Shown here: one piece after another, positions 1 through 9,160 of the stretch | Layout of the letters: each line of letters opens with the position of its first letter | How positions within the stretch are numbered: the first letter of the stretch is position 1 | From: a virus | Virus record (IMG/VR): IMGVR_UViG_3300045988_142085 | Coordinates: 128,001 to 192,000 of that record | Length of the DNA: 64,000 bases | Strand: one strand, 5' to 3' | Notes under the pieces: model-generated | Databases searched by the model: none | What the model saw: only the letters and a program-made list of their open reading frames with translations | What the model was told of the DNA's origin: nothing | Made by a program: the position numbers and the translations under genes

Positions 1-3000
1 GCCAACGATACCGTTAAAGATTTGTTCTTCGAAAGCATCTTTTGTAACGCGTGCTTCGATAGCTGTATCGATAGCAGCTACTTTAGTATCGTAATCGGAT
101 TTAGTAACAGTTTCTGCTTTCTTAGCATAAGGAGTTAAATCGACAGAAACGCCAGAAGCTGTAACAGTTTTAGTACCTTCGTCATAAGACAAGCCAGAAC
201 CGAATGTTAATTTATCTTGTTTACCGGCAATAGTCGGATCAGCTTCGATAATATCGGTTACACCTTGAGCTGTTACGTAAGTACCTTTTGGAGCATAAAT
301 ACCGTCTGCAGTTTCACGATCCAAGAAAGATTTTGCCGTAATTGCATTATTGATAGCATTTGTGAAAGCAGGGCTAGTAGCAACATTATCTAAATCGCCA
401 CGAGTCATGTAATCACCACGAGCTTGGAATACGTTTTGAGCTGCAGTTAAATCAAGTTTACCGGCCAATGCCGTATTGATTTCGTCGAACTTAGTTTTAT
501 TTTTACCGATTTGATCGTCGACATATTCGATAGTAGCATAGTTGCCTACGCCTTGATACAAGCGATCAGATTCGTCTTTAGTGATATAACCATCTTTAAG
601 AGTTTTAGTTAACTCTTCTTTAGTAACGTAGTTACCTTTAAGTTGGAAAATACCTTTAAGAGTTTCCAAATTAGTCGCAAGTTTTGCATCGATAGCAGCA
701 TCTGTTTCTTGAGCTGTCATCATGTCGTCTTTGATACGAGCAATTTCTGTGCCGTATGTATCACGAGCCCAGTTAGCAAATTCTACTTTAGTTTGGTAAG
801 CAGCAGCAGCTTCTTCAGATTTGTCGTTAACTAATTTTTCTAATGCAGTTTTAGCAGCAGCTAATGCGTTTTCTTGTGCAGTAATAGCTGTGTTAAGAGT
901 TTGTTTTGCATCTTCAAAATCGGTAGTAGATACCTTACCAGCAACTTCGTCTTTAGTAGCTTTCTTAGCCAATTCAGCAAGAATAGATTCTACGGAAGAT
1001 TTGTTATCGTTAACGCCAGATTGGATATTAGCGATAGTTTGAACGGCATCTTTAATAGCGCCTAATTTGTTATCGACAATACCTTCGACTTGAGTTTGAG
1101 TCAAGCCAGAACCGCCGGCAGCAATAGTTGCATTATCTAACTGTTGTTTTGTCGCGAATGTATCGTCGGCATATTTTTTAAGTTCAGTAGCTTTTGTACC
1201 GATTTCTGTCGTTACTTCAGCTTTTTTAGCGTAAACATCAGCATCGGCTTTTGCTACGTATACATCGCCAAGACCGGCAACAGCTGCAGAAATATCTTCT
1301 GTTACTTTAGCAGATTTAGCATATGGTTCAAGATCGGCAGTATGTACTAAAGTATTTTTATCGAGACCTTCGATAGCAGCTTTGTTAGCATCGGCGATAT
1401 CTTTAACTTCAGTAAGTTTTTCAGCTGTAGCATATTCACCTTTAGGTTGGTAATCACGATCAGCCGCTTCTTTAGTTACGTATTCGCCTTTTTCTTGATA
1501 ACCAGCGAGTTTAGCAGTAAGTTTAGTATCGATTAAATTAGGAACAGTAGCAGTTTCTAATGTATTTAATTTATTATCGATTTCGGTTGCTTTAGCTTCG
1601 AATACTGTTTTATCAGCTTTGTCAGCAAGAGCAGTTACGTCGGCTTTACCTAACAAGTCTGCAGCAGCTTTATCGGCTTTAGCTTGAACAGCAGTTAATG
1701 CGCTTACGTCAGCTTTATCAGCAAGTTTTTCGTTAAGTTTAGCTTCGCCTACGAATTTTTCTTGAGCTACGATAGCATCGACAACTTCTTTAACTTTATC
1801 GGCTACAGCTTGTGCATCCAGGCTAGCGCCTGTGCCAGTACCGCCGTTAAGAGCAAGGTCGTTAACTTTAGTTGTTAATTTACCGAGGTCTTCGATAGCT
1901 TTTTCGACTTTAGTTTTAGCGTCTTCAAGACCTGCAGCGTTTTCAGTCGCTTTAGCTTTAGCTTGTTGAGCAGTCGTATTTACTTCACGAACAGCAGCAT
2001 CGGCAACAGCTTTAGCAGCTTCGATATCTTCAGCTACTTGTACTTTATCAGCTTTATCTTTAAGTTTAGATGTAACGTCGTTTTTCTCTGCATATTCTTC
2101 AAGAGCAGTTACGTCGGCTTTTGTCGCTAATTTTTCGTTAACTTCGTCTTTAGTAAATACTTTATTTAACTTATCGAGTACGGCAGTTAAATCAGCGTGA
2201 CCAGCTAATTGTTGAGCGAGATCTTTAAGAGATTGCAATGTAGTCGGATCTAAAGAACCAATAGCTTGTACTTCAGCTTTAGTAGCATATTCGCCTTTAG
2301 GTTGATATGCTTCATTGGCTACAGCTTTAGTTACATAATTAACGAGAGCAGCCTCTACTTCTTTAGCTTTAGCATCGGCTTCAGCAGCTTTAGTTTTAGC
2401 TTCAGTTACAGCTTCGCCAGTTTTAGCTTCGGCTTTTGCTTCAGCAGCAGCAGATTTAGCAGCTTCGACAGCTTGAGCTAATTCATCTTTAGCTGCTTTC
2501 AAAGCTTCTTTAGTTGCTAATGGTTCAAGTGCAGTAGCGTCAGCTTTACCTTCCAATGCAGTATTAGCTTTTGCAGCTTCTTTTGCAGCATCGGTCGCAG
2601 CTTGTTTAGCGTCTGCAACATCGGCTACGCTAGCTTTACCTTCGAGTGCTGTATTAACAGCTTCTTGGTCCGCCTTGCGGCTTAACGCTTTTTCATTTTC
2701 TACTTTAGCTTGAGCCGCATCAATTTTCAATTTAGATACGTCATCAGAGATACCTTTTACTTTGGCATCGTTAAGAGTATCGGCAGCTTTACGTTCAGCA
2801 GTTTCTGCAGTTACGGCAGCTTTATTCGCATCGGCTTCTGCTTTAAGATTATCCAAAGCAGCTTTATCAGCTTTAGTAGCAAGAGCAGTAGCATCGGCTT
2901 TGCTAGCCAACTCTTCTTTAGTAGCTAAAGGAGTTAAATCGCTAGCGTTAGCTTTTTTAGCAAGCTCAGTATCGATAGCAGCTTTATCGGCTTTATCGGC

Positions 3001-3732
3001 AAGATCAGATTTTTTAGCATATGTAGCTTCTACTTCGGCAGCTTTAGCAAACGGAGTTAAATCGACAATGGCTTTAACTTTTTCAGTAAGTTCAGCTGCT
3101 TTAACTACGTCGTCGGCAGTAGCCGCTTTAGCAATAGCTTTTTCAAGGTCAGTATCTTTATCGTTAAGTTTTTTAATTAACTTATCGATAGCTTCTTTAT
3201 CGTATACTTTATCTTTATCTGCTTTTTTAGCAATTTCGGCAATGCTATCAGGATTATCGCGAAGCAATTCGATAGCATCTCTAAGTGTTTTAAGGTCTTG
3301 AGCAGATACGCCACCAGTTGCTGTTTCGAGTTCGGCTTTAGTCGCGAATTTAGCATCGGCGGCTTGATCAGCTTTACCTTGAGCTTCAGTAATTTTTTCA
3401 GCTACTTTAGCATCGGTGATGTATTCACCTTTTGGTTGATATTGAGCAGCAGCTTCAACTTTCGTTAAGAAAGTAATAACGTCTTGAGCTTGTTTAGCAG
3501 CAAGATCGGCAGCTACTTTAGCAACGGCAGCTTTATTAGCTTCGGCCAACGCCTTATTAGCAGCAGATGCTTCTTTGTTTGCACTAGCTTGTTTCGTTAC
3601 GTCTTCAACAGCTTTGTTATCGACTGGAGTAGTGGAACCACCTTGATTACCAGAACCACCAATTTCGATACCTTTATCACGTCTTGGATCATATAAACCG
3701 AAATGAGCCTTACCTACAAATTTTTTGGACAT
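1..3732 (-). CDS. Giant Ala/Lys/Glu-rich coiled-coil fibre protein, 5' (N-terminal) part; ORF runs off the left edge of the window (>1244 codons)
   Basis: ATG at 3732..3730 preceded by AAGGAG. Hand translation gives MSKKFVGKAHFGLYDPRRDKGIEIGGSGNQGGSTTPVDNKAVEDVTKQASANKEASAANKALAE... No complete minus-strand ORF is listed in 1..3740, so there is no in-frame stop before the window edge. Repeated YQPKGEY-type motifs resemble phage tail-fibre repeats. Confidence 0.6.
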   Translation of the reverse strand, partial: MSKKFVGKAHFGLYDPRRDKGIEIGGSGNQGGSTTPVDNKAVEDVTKQASANKEASAANKALAEANKAAVAKVAADLAAKQAQDVITFLTKVEAAAQYQPKGEYITDAKVAEKITEAQGKADQAADAKFATKAELETATGGVSAQDLKTLRDAIELLRDNPDSIAEIAKKADKDKVYDKEAIDKLIKKLNDKDTDLEKAIAKAATADDVVKAAELTEKVKAIVDLTPFAKAAEVEATYAKKSDLADKADKAAIDTELAKKANASDLTPLATKEELASKADATALATKADKAALDNLKAEADANKAAVTAETAERKAADTLNDAKVKGISDDVSKLKIDAAQAKVENEKALSRKADQEAVNTALEGKASVADVADAKQAATDAAKEAAKANTALEGKADATALEPLATKEALKAAKDELAQAVEAAKSAAAEAKAEAKTGEAVTEAKTKAAEADAKAKEVEAALVNYVTKAVANEAYQPKGEYATKAEVQAIGSLDPTTLQSLKDLAQQLAGHADLTAVLDKLNKVFTKDEVNEKLATKADVTALEEYAEKNDVTSKLKDKADKVQVAEDIEAAKAVADAAVREVNTTAQQAKAKATENAAGLEDAKTKVEKAIEDLGKLTTKVNDLALNGGTGTGASLDAQAVADKVKEVVDAIVAQEKFVGEAKLNEKLADKADVSALTAVQAKADKAAADLLGKADVTALADKADKTVFEAKATEIDNKLNTLETATVPNLIDTKLTAKLAGYQEKGEYVTKEAADRDYQPKGEYATAEKLTEVKDIADANKAAIEGLDKNTLVHTADLEPYAKSAKVTEDISAAVAGLGDVYVAKADADVYAKKAEVTTEIGTKATELKKYADDTFATKQQLDNATIAAGGSGLTQTQVEGIVDNKLGAIKDAVQTIANIQSGVNDNKSSVESILAELAKKATKDEVAGKVSTTDFEDAKQTLNTAITAQENALAAAKTALEKLVNDKSEEAAAAYQTKVEFANWARDTYGTEIARIKDDMMTAQETDAAIDAKLATNLETLKGIFQLKGNYVTKEELTKTLKDGYITKDESDRLYQGVGNYATIEYVDDQIGKNKTKFDEINTALAGKLDLTAAQNVFQARGDYMTRGDLDNVATSPAFTNAINNAITAKSFLDRETADGIYAPKGTYVTAQGVTDIIEADPTIAGKQDKLTFGSGLSYDEGTKTVTASGVSVDLTPYAKKAETVTKSDYDTKVAAIDTAIEARVTKDAFEEQIFNGIVG

Positions 3733-3747
3733 AGAATATTATCTCCT

Positions 3748-4167
3748 TTAATTCCAATAAATTAATTCAGCACTAAGTCTGTTTTTCAAATCATTGATAG
3801 ATTTATTTAAATAATCGTCGACTTGTGCATGAATATATTCTTGCAATGCGTCGCCAATTATTCTTAACAACTGGTCTAATGTTGGTTGATAGATACGTTG
3901 ATTCATTTGGTCGACAAATTTTGTTAACTCATCACGAACAGTATCTCGTACCTGATTAAAATCAGGTTTCTTTTTAAGGGCTTCCATTAAATCTGTATAG
4001 GTATTAATAGAGCCATCTTTTTCGAATTGCTTTAACGTATCAGCCCAGTATTCTAAATCATGAATATCTGGTTTATTATTAACGACACGAATAACTTCAT
4101 TTAATTTATAAACCAGGTATTGAATACTCGTTTCATCTAACGAGGCTTGATCGATAAAATGTTTCAT
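3748..4167 (-). CDS. Hypothetical protein; possible fibre assembly/chaperone, small gene between fibre genes
   Basis: 139-aa ORF packed between flanking fibre genes (5-nt gap to the 4172 ORF). No recognisable motif. Confidence 0.45.
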   Translation of the reverse strand: MKHFIDQASLDETSIQYLVYKLNEVIRVVNNKPDIHDLEYWADTLKQFEKDGSINTYTDLMEALKKKPDFNQVRDTVRDELTKFVDQMNQRIYQPTLDQLLRIIGDALQEYIHAQVDDYLNKSINDLKNRLSAELIYWN

Positions 4168-4171
4168 TCTC

Positions 4172-4747
4172 TTACCTCATAATTACGTTCGTAATAACTG
4201 ACTGTTGATTTCCTGGTTCAATCGAACATTCGTCATCAGTACATTTAATAAGAACTGCAAAATTTCCGTTACCAACAGTAGTGGTCGAGTTCTTCTCTAA
4301 AATAGATACCGGAATAATTAAATCACCGATATTCGATTCTTGATATAAACCAGAAATAACGATTTCAGATTTATTGCTTAATAAGTATGCAGAATAAACA
4401 CCTTCATAACATGAAGTAGAGCAGGTATCATTTTCCAATAATACCTGCTCATCATTCACTAACAATTCATCTGATAAAGATAATGAATTAGAGCCATAAG
4501 AGATTACATCTCCGTCTAATAAATTTTTACCGTTTAGTTTTAATTCTTTTACGAATAAATTGTTAACCATTATCTTATCGTTACGTTGGTTTTTATTAAG
4601 ATACTCGCTATTTATATTACTCAAAGTAATACCATTTTGGTCTAAATGTTCATTAATTTGAGTATGCACTTGATTAATAATTTCGGCCACATTATGATTT
4701 AAACTCATAAGTGAATCATTAATAGCACTTAATGAAATTTCATTCAT
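4172..4747 (-). CDS. Small fibre-like protein, member of a 3-gene tandem family
   Basis: 191-aa ORF with an N-terminal heptad-like segment then a beta-rich Asn/Ser region. Appears related to the 4762 and 5302 ORFs. Confidence 0.45.
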   Translation of the reverse strand: MNEISLSAINDSLMSLNHNVAEIINQVHTQINEHLDQNGITLSNINSEYLNKNQRNDKIMVNNLFVKELKLNGKNLLDGDVISYGSNSLSLSDELLVNDEQVLLENDTCSTSCYEGVYSAYLLSNKSEIVISGLYQESNIGDLIIPVSILEKNSTTTVGNGNFAVLIKCTDDECSIEPGNQQSVITNVIMR

Positions 4748-4761
4748 TGAATAGCATCCTT

Positions 4762-5298
4762 TTATCTTATAAAAATGTTAGAAACCTTTTCGATATTATC
4801 GATAATCAAGTTATTTTCTAGAATAGATACTATAATTGTTTGATCGATATCCTTATAGATACCAGAATTTTTTACGATAAATAAACTAGAGAATTTATTA
4901 TTATTTTTAAAAACAATATTAATTTCATGAGCATGAGATAAATCTATGTTTTGTTTGACAGGGATTTCGACCCAATCATAAGAATTATCGCTTGCGCTCA
5001 ATAATTTTATTCCGTTATATAATTTACCGGACAATTCTCTACCGTTAAGTTCGATAGCATTTTCGTCGATATTTATATTCCCGACAATCTTTTGAGTATC
5101 TAAAGTATCGACAGAATAATCATATCGCTTAGTTTTTTTATAATACTGATTATCGTCGATCGTATAGTTTTCAATATTAAGAAAAACCATATTATCGACA
5201 ATATCATTTTTTCTAGTATTTAAATAATCTTGAATTTCGATAATTTTATTTTGCAAATCGGCAAGGTTAACAGAATCATCATTTATTAAACTAATCAT
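4762..5298 (-). CDS. Small fibre-like protein, tandem family member
   Basis: 178-aa ORF with an N-terminal coiled-coil-like stretch (LADLQNKIIEIQDYLN) and an N/I/D-rich C-terminal part. Confidence 0.45.
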   Translation of the reverse strand: MISLINDDSVNLADLQNKIIEIQDYLNTRKNDIVDNMVFLNIENYTIDDNQYYKKTKRYDYSVDTLDTQKIVGNINIDENAIELNGRELSGKLYNGIKLLSASDNSYDWVEIPVKQNIDLSHAHEINIVFKNNNKFSSLFIVKNSGIYKDIDQTIIVSILENNLIIDNIEKVSNIFIR

Positions 5299-5301
5299 AT
5301 G

Positions 5302-5796
5302 TTACCTTTTATATACCTTAAATTCTTTATCAGACGTAATAACGTTATCTTTTATTGCAATAAGATCGTTCTTAAAATCTTTTCCGCAATAATTAACAAT
5401 TAGCGGTACGGAATATCCGCCAATGTTAACCAGAATATAATAGTCACCTTTTTCCAAAGTGGAAGAAGTATATTCTTTATATTCTGGCAATGCCATGTCA
5501 TAATTATTTTTAACGGATCGATTATTGTAAGATAATTGTTTGTCGAACGATAATGATTTGTTGCCGACTACTATTTCACTGGCGCCAATCTTATCGTTAT
5601 TTAAAAATATAGTTCCAGCAACATCGACAGTATCAATCGATAAATTATTCAACATTTCATTTGTCGAAATAAAGTTGTCGTAAAAATCTAAAGCATTAAC
5701 ATATTGATCATTGCTAATAATAGTGGATTCTAAATTATTAATCTTGGAGATAAGACTATTAATCTCAATTCTTAGTGTATTAATATCTATCGACAT
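5302..5796 (-). CDS. Small fibre-like protein, tandem family member
   Basis: 164-aa ORF with N-terminal DINTLRIEINSLISKINNLESTI coiled coil. Overlaps the upstream gene by 10 nt. Confidence 0.45.
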   Translation of the reverse strand: MSIDINTLRIEINSLISKINNLESTIISNDQYVNALDFYDNFISTNEMLNNLSIDTVDVAGTIFLNNDKIGASEIVVGNKSLSFDKQLSYNNRSVKNNYDMALPEYKEYTSSTLEKGDYYILVNIGGYSVPLIVNYCGKDFKNDLIAIKDNVITSDKEFKVYKR

Positions 5797-6680
5797 TTAA
5801 TAATATATCCTCCTAAATCATCCCAATAATCACTATAGCTACTATGATGTTTTTTACGTTGACGCCATATTTCGTGAAGCTCAAATTTCCAATTCCATGG
5901 ATTTTGATCGATACGAGAAATTGTTTGATAGTTCTTATCGCCACCATAATAGTTTTGAAACGATACGGACATATTCGTCATCGGGCTTGAACTATCATTA
6001 ACTTCATATGGATTATATTTTCGTTTATATGCATCTTTGATCATAAAGAATACAGTATGGTAATCATTTTGATATGGATTATATGCAAATACTTCAGACC
6101 AATCATTCTTATTTTGTTCACCGATAAAGTTACCATCTTTCCATTGTGGAAGCTTAATAAATTTACGATAGTTATTCTTCGTAATAATAGTCTTATCAGT
6201 AGCCAATCCATTATTATTTATTTCTAAATACTTATTATTGTCTTTTGCAATAATAAAAGGCCATACAGAAATATCGACACCATCGATCGTAAATAATACG
6301 CCATTAGATTTATTAAATTTAACGGCTGGTTGATCCCCAGAATCAATCGTTAAATTACCGTTAAGATTTAAATCGTCATAACGAAGATAATCGCCGACAT
6401 TATTTTTATTTAAAAACTTATTGTCAGACTCTTGTTTCGTATAATATCCAGAAAGCTTATTATTAATTAAACTTAGTAGATCATCGATAAACGACGGAAC
6501 AGTATTCGTTAAATAATCTTTCATTTGATTAATACGATTAGTATACTGATTAATCAAACCATTGACACCAGTACCTTCAGCAATATCTCTAAAAGATTTT
6601 ATAGCGTCAATTATTTCATTTATTTTTCTTACTTGTAAGAACGTAGTCGTTCTACTTTTTAAATGTTCTATCATCGCCAT
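5787..6680 (-). CDS. Putative receptor-binding / tail fibre protein, paralog 3 of 3
   Basis: 297 aa. Shares the N-terminal motif KLSGYYTKQESDNKFLNK with the 6671 and 7544 ORFs. C-terminus divergent. Confidence 0.5.
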   Translation of the reverse strand: MAMIEHLKSRTTTFLQVRKINEIIDAIKSFRDIAEGTGVNGLINQYTNRINQMKDYLTNTVPSFIDDLLSLINNKLSGYYTKQESDNKFLNKNNVGDYLRYDDLNLNGNLTIDSGDQPAVKFNKSNGVLFTIDGVDISVWPFIIAKDNNKYLEINNNGLATDKTIITKNNYRKFIKLPQWKDGNFIGEQNKNDWSEVFAYNPYQNDYHTVFFMIKDAYKRKYNPYEVNDSSSPMTNMSVSFQNYYGGDKNYQTISRIDQNPWNWKFELHEIWRQRKKHHSSYSDYWDDLGGYIIKCR

Positions 6681-7534
6681 AACACCTTCATAACATTGCC
6701 GTTATTACGGCTTTGATTATACCCAGTAAACACAGGTCCAGTTTTTTGAGTTAACTTAACATAAGATGCTGTTACTTCGACACCGACCGTAGAATACGGA
6801 GTTAAGAATTTAATCGGAACTTCGGCTCTACACATATATACATAAGCTGGTGCAATACGATGATCGTTTTGTAAATCGTGACCACCTTCATGGTATGTAT
6901 TATCGACAATAAGGACTAAGTCGTTCCATTTTGCCGGTAGCTGAACTGTATCGCCTACATTATTAATAGAGCTATTCGGAATTTCGTTCCAAGCAGCCGG
7001 AATATATTTACGTTCTTTAAGCTGAAAAATATCTTCGCCTAAAGAACGTTGAGTTCCGGTATTAATATTTCTAGAATATAATTCAGATCCATCAGGATTA
7101 ATTAATTTAAGCCAGTCGCCATCGATAATTAATTTAACGCCGTTAAGAGTCATCAATGTATTACCATCTTTATGACCCGTAACTTTATTGTCGCCAGTAA
7201 CTGTAAGCTTATGTTGGTAATCTAAATTTTGATTCTTTAAGATTGCATTATTTAAACTATCTTTCGTTAAATAACGATCATCTTGTTCTTGTTTATTAAA
7301 ATAAGATTTAATAGTTTCATTAAATCCATTTTTAATATTATCTAAAGATTCAGAAAAACTTTTTCTAGCGTTATTATAGATTAAATTAATCTTATTAAAT
7401 TCTTTAATAAAGTCGTTTGTCGAAATCGTCTTATTAGAAGTATCTTTAATAATATCTTTTAAACTATCTATAATTTTATTAATTTCTTGTGTCGCTTTAT
7501 ATGACACAGAAAATTTTTCCATTCGTTTTGCCAT
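6671..7534 (-). CDS. Putative receptor-binding / tail fibre protein, paralog 2 of 3
   Basis: 287 aa. Motif IKSYFNKQEQDDRYLTKD. Central region alignable with paralogs, C-terminus divergent. Confidence 0.5.
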   Translation of the reverse strand: MAKRMEKFSVSYKATQEINKIIDSLKDIIKDTSNKTISTNDFIKEFNKINLIYNNARKSFSESLDNIKNGFNETIKSYFNKQEQDDRYLTKDSLNNAILKNQNLDYQHKLTVTGDNKVTGHKDGNTLMTLNGVKLIIDGDWLKLINPDGSELYSRNINTGTQRSLGEDIFQLKERKYIPAAWNEIPNSSINNVGDTVQLPAKWNDLVLIVDNTYHEGGHDLQNDHRIAPAYVYMCRAEVPIKFLTPYSTVGVEVTASYVKLTQKTGPVFTGYNQSRNNGNVMKVLWR

Positions 7535-7543
7535 ATAAAACTC

Positions 7544-8341
7544 CTATCGATAATAAACTGTTTTTATAATACCGTTAAATCCTTCTTTAGTCCAATCAAG
7601 ATTAATGACGCCATTTTGTAAATTAATCGTACAATCTGCATCTCGATAATATGGTTGACCTAAACTTAGTTCAATCAATATATGATTAATGTATAAATGT
7701 CCATTATTATTACCGTCATGATATTGATATACGATTAACATTTGATTAGCGTCATCACCGTAAACTCGAGAATAATTCACGTTTCGAGTATTTTGGCTTC
7801 CTGGTAATTCTACCCATTCGCCAGGTGAAATATAACTAACACCGGTTACAATTTCTTGACCATTGACATAAGTAACGCCGTTTCTAATTTCGATCGGAAC
7901 ATTTCCGTCTGGAGAAATCATTTTAAAATAACCTGGACGAACTTCCCAGCTGCCACTGCCAAATTGAATGATTGGACCGCTAGTGTTATTTAAATTAATC
8001 GTACCGTTAACATTAAAATTATTGTTAACAGTTTCGTCACGATCTTTACGTAAATAATTATTAGCCGTGCTTGCTGAAGCAAATAAATCGTTACTATTAG
8101 CTTTCGTATAATAGTTAGATAATTTATTGGCGATCGTATTTCGAAGATCATTCAATCTACTTTGTAAACTTTGAATTGAATCTTCGATTATTTTTTTATT
8201 AGTATTAATAAAATCTAATAAAGTCTGTTTCGTAACAGTCGTACCAGAAATACGTTTAAGATCTTCGATCTCGGTATCGAATTCGTTGATCTTCGCATTA
8301 ATTTCGCGAAGACCAACAAGCTCTTTTAACTTTTGAATCAT
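7544..8341 (-). CDS. Putative receptor-binding / tail fibre protein, paralog 1 of 3
   Basis: 265 aa. Motif KLSNYYTKANSNDLFASA. Central ..ISPDGNVPIEIRNG.. resembles ..INPDGSELYSRN.. of the 6671 paralog. Confidence 0.5.
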   Translation of the reverse strand: MIQKLKELVGLREINAKINEFDTEIEDLKRISGTTVTKQTLLDFINTNKKIIEDSIQSLQSRLNDLRNTIANKLSNYYTKANSNDLFASASTANNYLRKDRDETVNNNFNVNGTINLNNTSGPIIQFGSGSWEVRPGYFKMISPDGNVPIEIRNGVTYVNGQEIVTGVSYISPGEWVELPGSQNTRNVNYSRVYGDDANQMLIVYQYHDGNNNGHLYINHILIELSLGQPYYRDADCTINLQNGVINLDWTKEGFNGIIKTVYYR

Positions 8342-9078
8342 ACAGAATCACCGTAATTCAATACATCATTTTGTTGAGTATAATATAGAATATATCCACG
8401 TTCTGGGAATACACTATGAAGAATTACTTTATTTGCATTATATTCAGGAGTAATCGTACTAAGTTTCTTAGAAATACCGTCATAAATTACGACCTGAATA
8501 ACTTCAGCATTCGGAATATCCAAGGATAATTCATAATTATCTTCACCTTGTTTAATCCATTTATTAGTGCCGAATTCTAGTTTTTGAATAATAATGCTTT
8601 GATTAATTTTATCAACAACATTATTAGGAAGAACACTCTTACCATTTCTTACTAAGATCTCCCAATCTGTTCCATTGAATCGATATAGAGAACCAGCGGT
8701 GTCTCCACCGTTCACAGCCACAACGTTGCCGATAGTAGCATCAGGATATGTAGTGTATAATTCCGTTACAGAGCCTACACTATTTTTCCAATCGTTATTA
8801 TCGTTAGCTTTAATAATAGCTGCATATAATTCATCACGCAATAAAAAATCTTCGATAGGATGGCCCATGAATTTACGAGTATCTTCGCTAAGGTCACTTC
8901 TATCTGCAGTACCGGCACGATCAGAGAGTAAAGCATGATCGACAATTAAGCGTCGGAATTTTTCTTCTAACGTTTCACCATCGCTAAACATAACTTGATC
9001 GGCCGTAGTTTTTCCGTAAAACGGATCCTTGCCACCTGCGCCATTGTCGACAAGGATATTACCTTTAATATCTGCCAT
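8338..9078 (-). CDS. Tail fibre / baseplate-associated structural protein
   Basis: 246-aa ORF, ATGA overlap with the downstream gene, RBS AAAGGA 9 nt upstream. Gly/Asn-rich beta-type sequence. First gene after the dnaE terminator. Confidence 0.45.
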   Translation of the reverse strand: MADIKGNILVDNGAGGKDPFYGKTTADQVMFSDGETLEEKFRRLIVDHALLSDRAGTADRSDLSEDTRKFMGHPIEDFLLRDELYAAIIKANDNNDWKNSVGSVTELYTTYPDATIGNVVAVNGGDTAGSLYRFNGTDWEILVRNGKSVLPNNVVDKINQSIIIQKLEFGTNKWIKQGEDNYELSLDIPNAEVIQVVIYDGISKKLSTITPEYNANKVILHSVFPERGYILYYTQQNDVLNYGDSV

Positions 9079-9121
9079 TTTATATTATCCTTTTCATAGG
9101 GTTTAAATAACATCGATTACA

Positions 9122-9160
9122 GAATTATATTACAAAGAAAGCCTGTCTTATGACAGGCTA
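9122..9160 (-). terminator. Rho-independent terminator downstream of dnaE
   Basis: Perfect 8-bp stem AGCCUGUC-AUAA-GACAGGCU followed by UUCUUUGUAAUAUAA on the minus strand. The dnaE stop codon lies inside the 5' arm and loop. Confidence 0.55.

Noticed and set aside
2762-3301. Plus-strand 179-aa Ala/Ser/Leu-rich ORF, and other small plus-strand ORFs at 643..1350 and 2266..2928
   Set aside because: They lie antisense to the long uninterrupted minus-strand coiled-coil fibre gene. Their low-complexity composition is the mirror image of GCU/AGC-rich Ala codons. They are a shadow ORF artefact.
8675-8938. Plus-strand 87-aa ORF
   Set aside because: It is antisense within the 8338..9078 structural gene, with no independent signals.
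9079-9125. Possible promoter for the downstream fibre operon (TTGTAA ... TATAAT-like on the minus strand)
   Set aside because: The spacing between the candidate -35 and -10 is not canonical. AT-rich DNA gives many such matches, so it is not reported as a feature.
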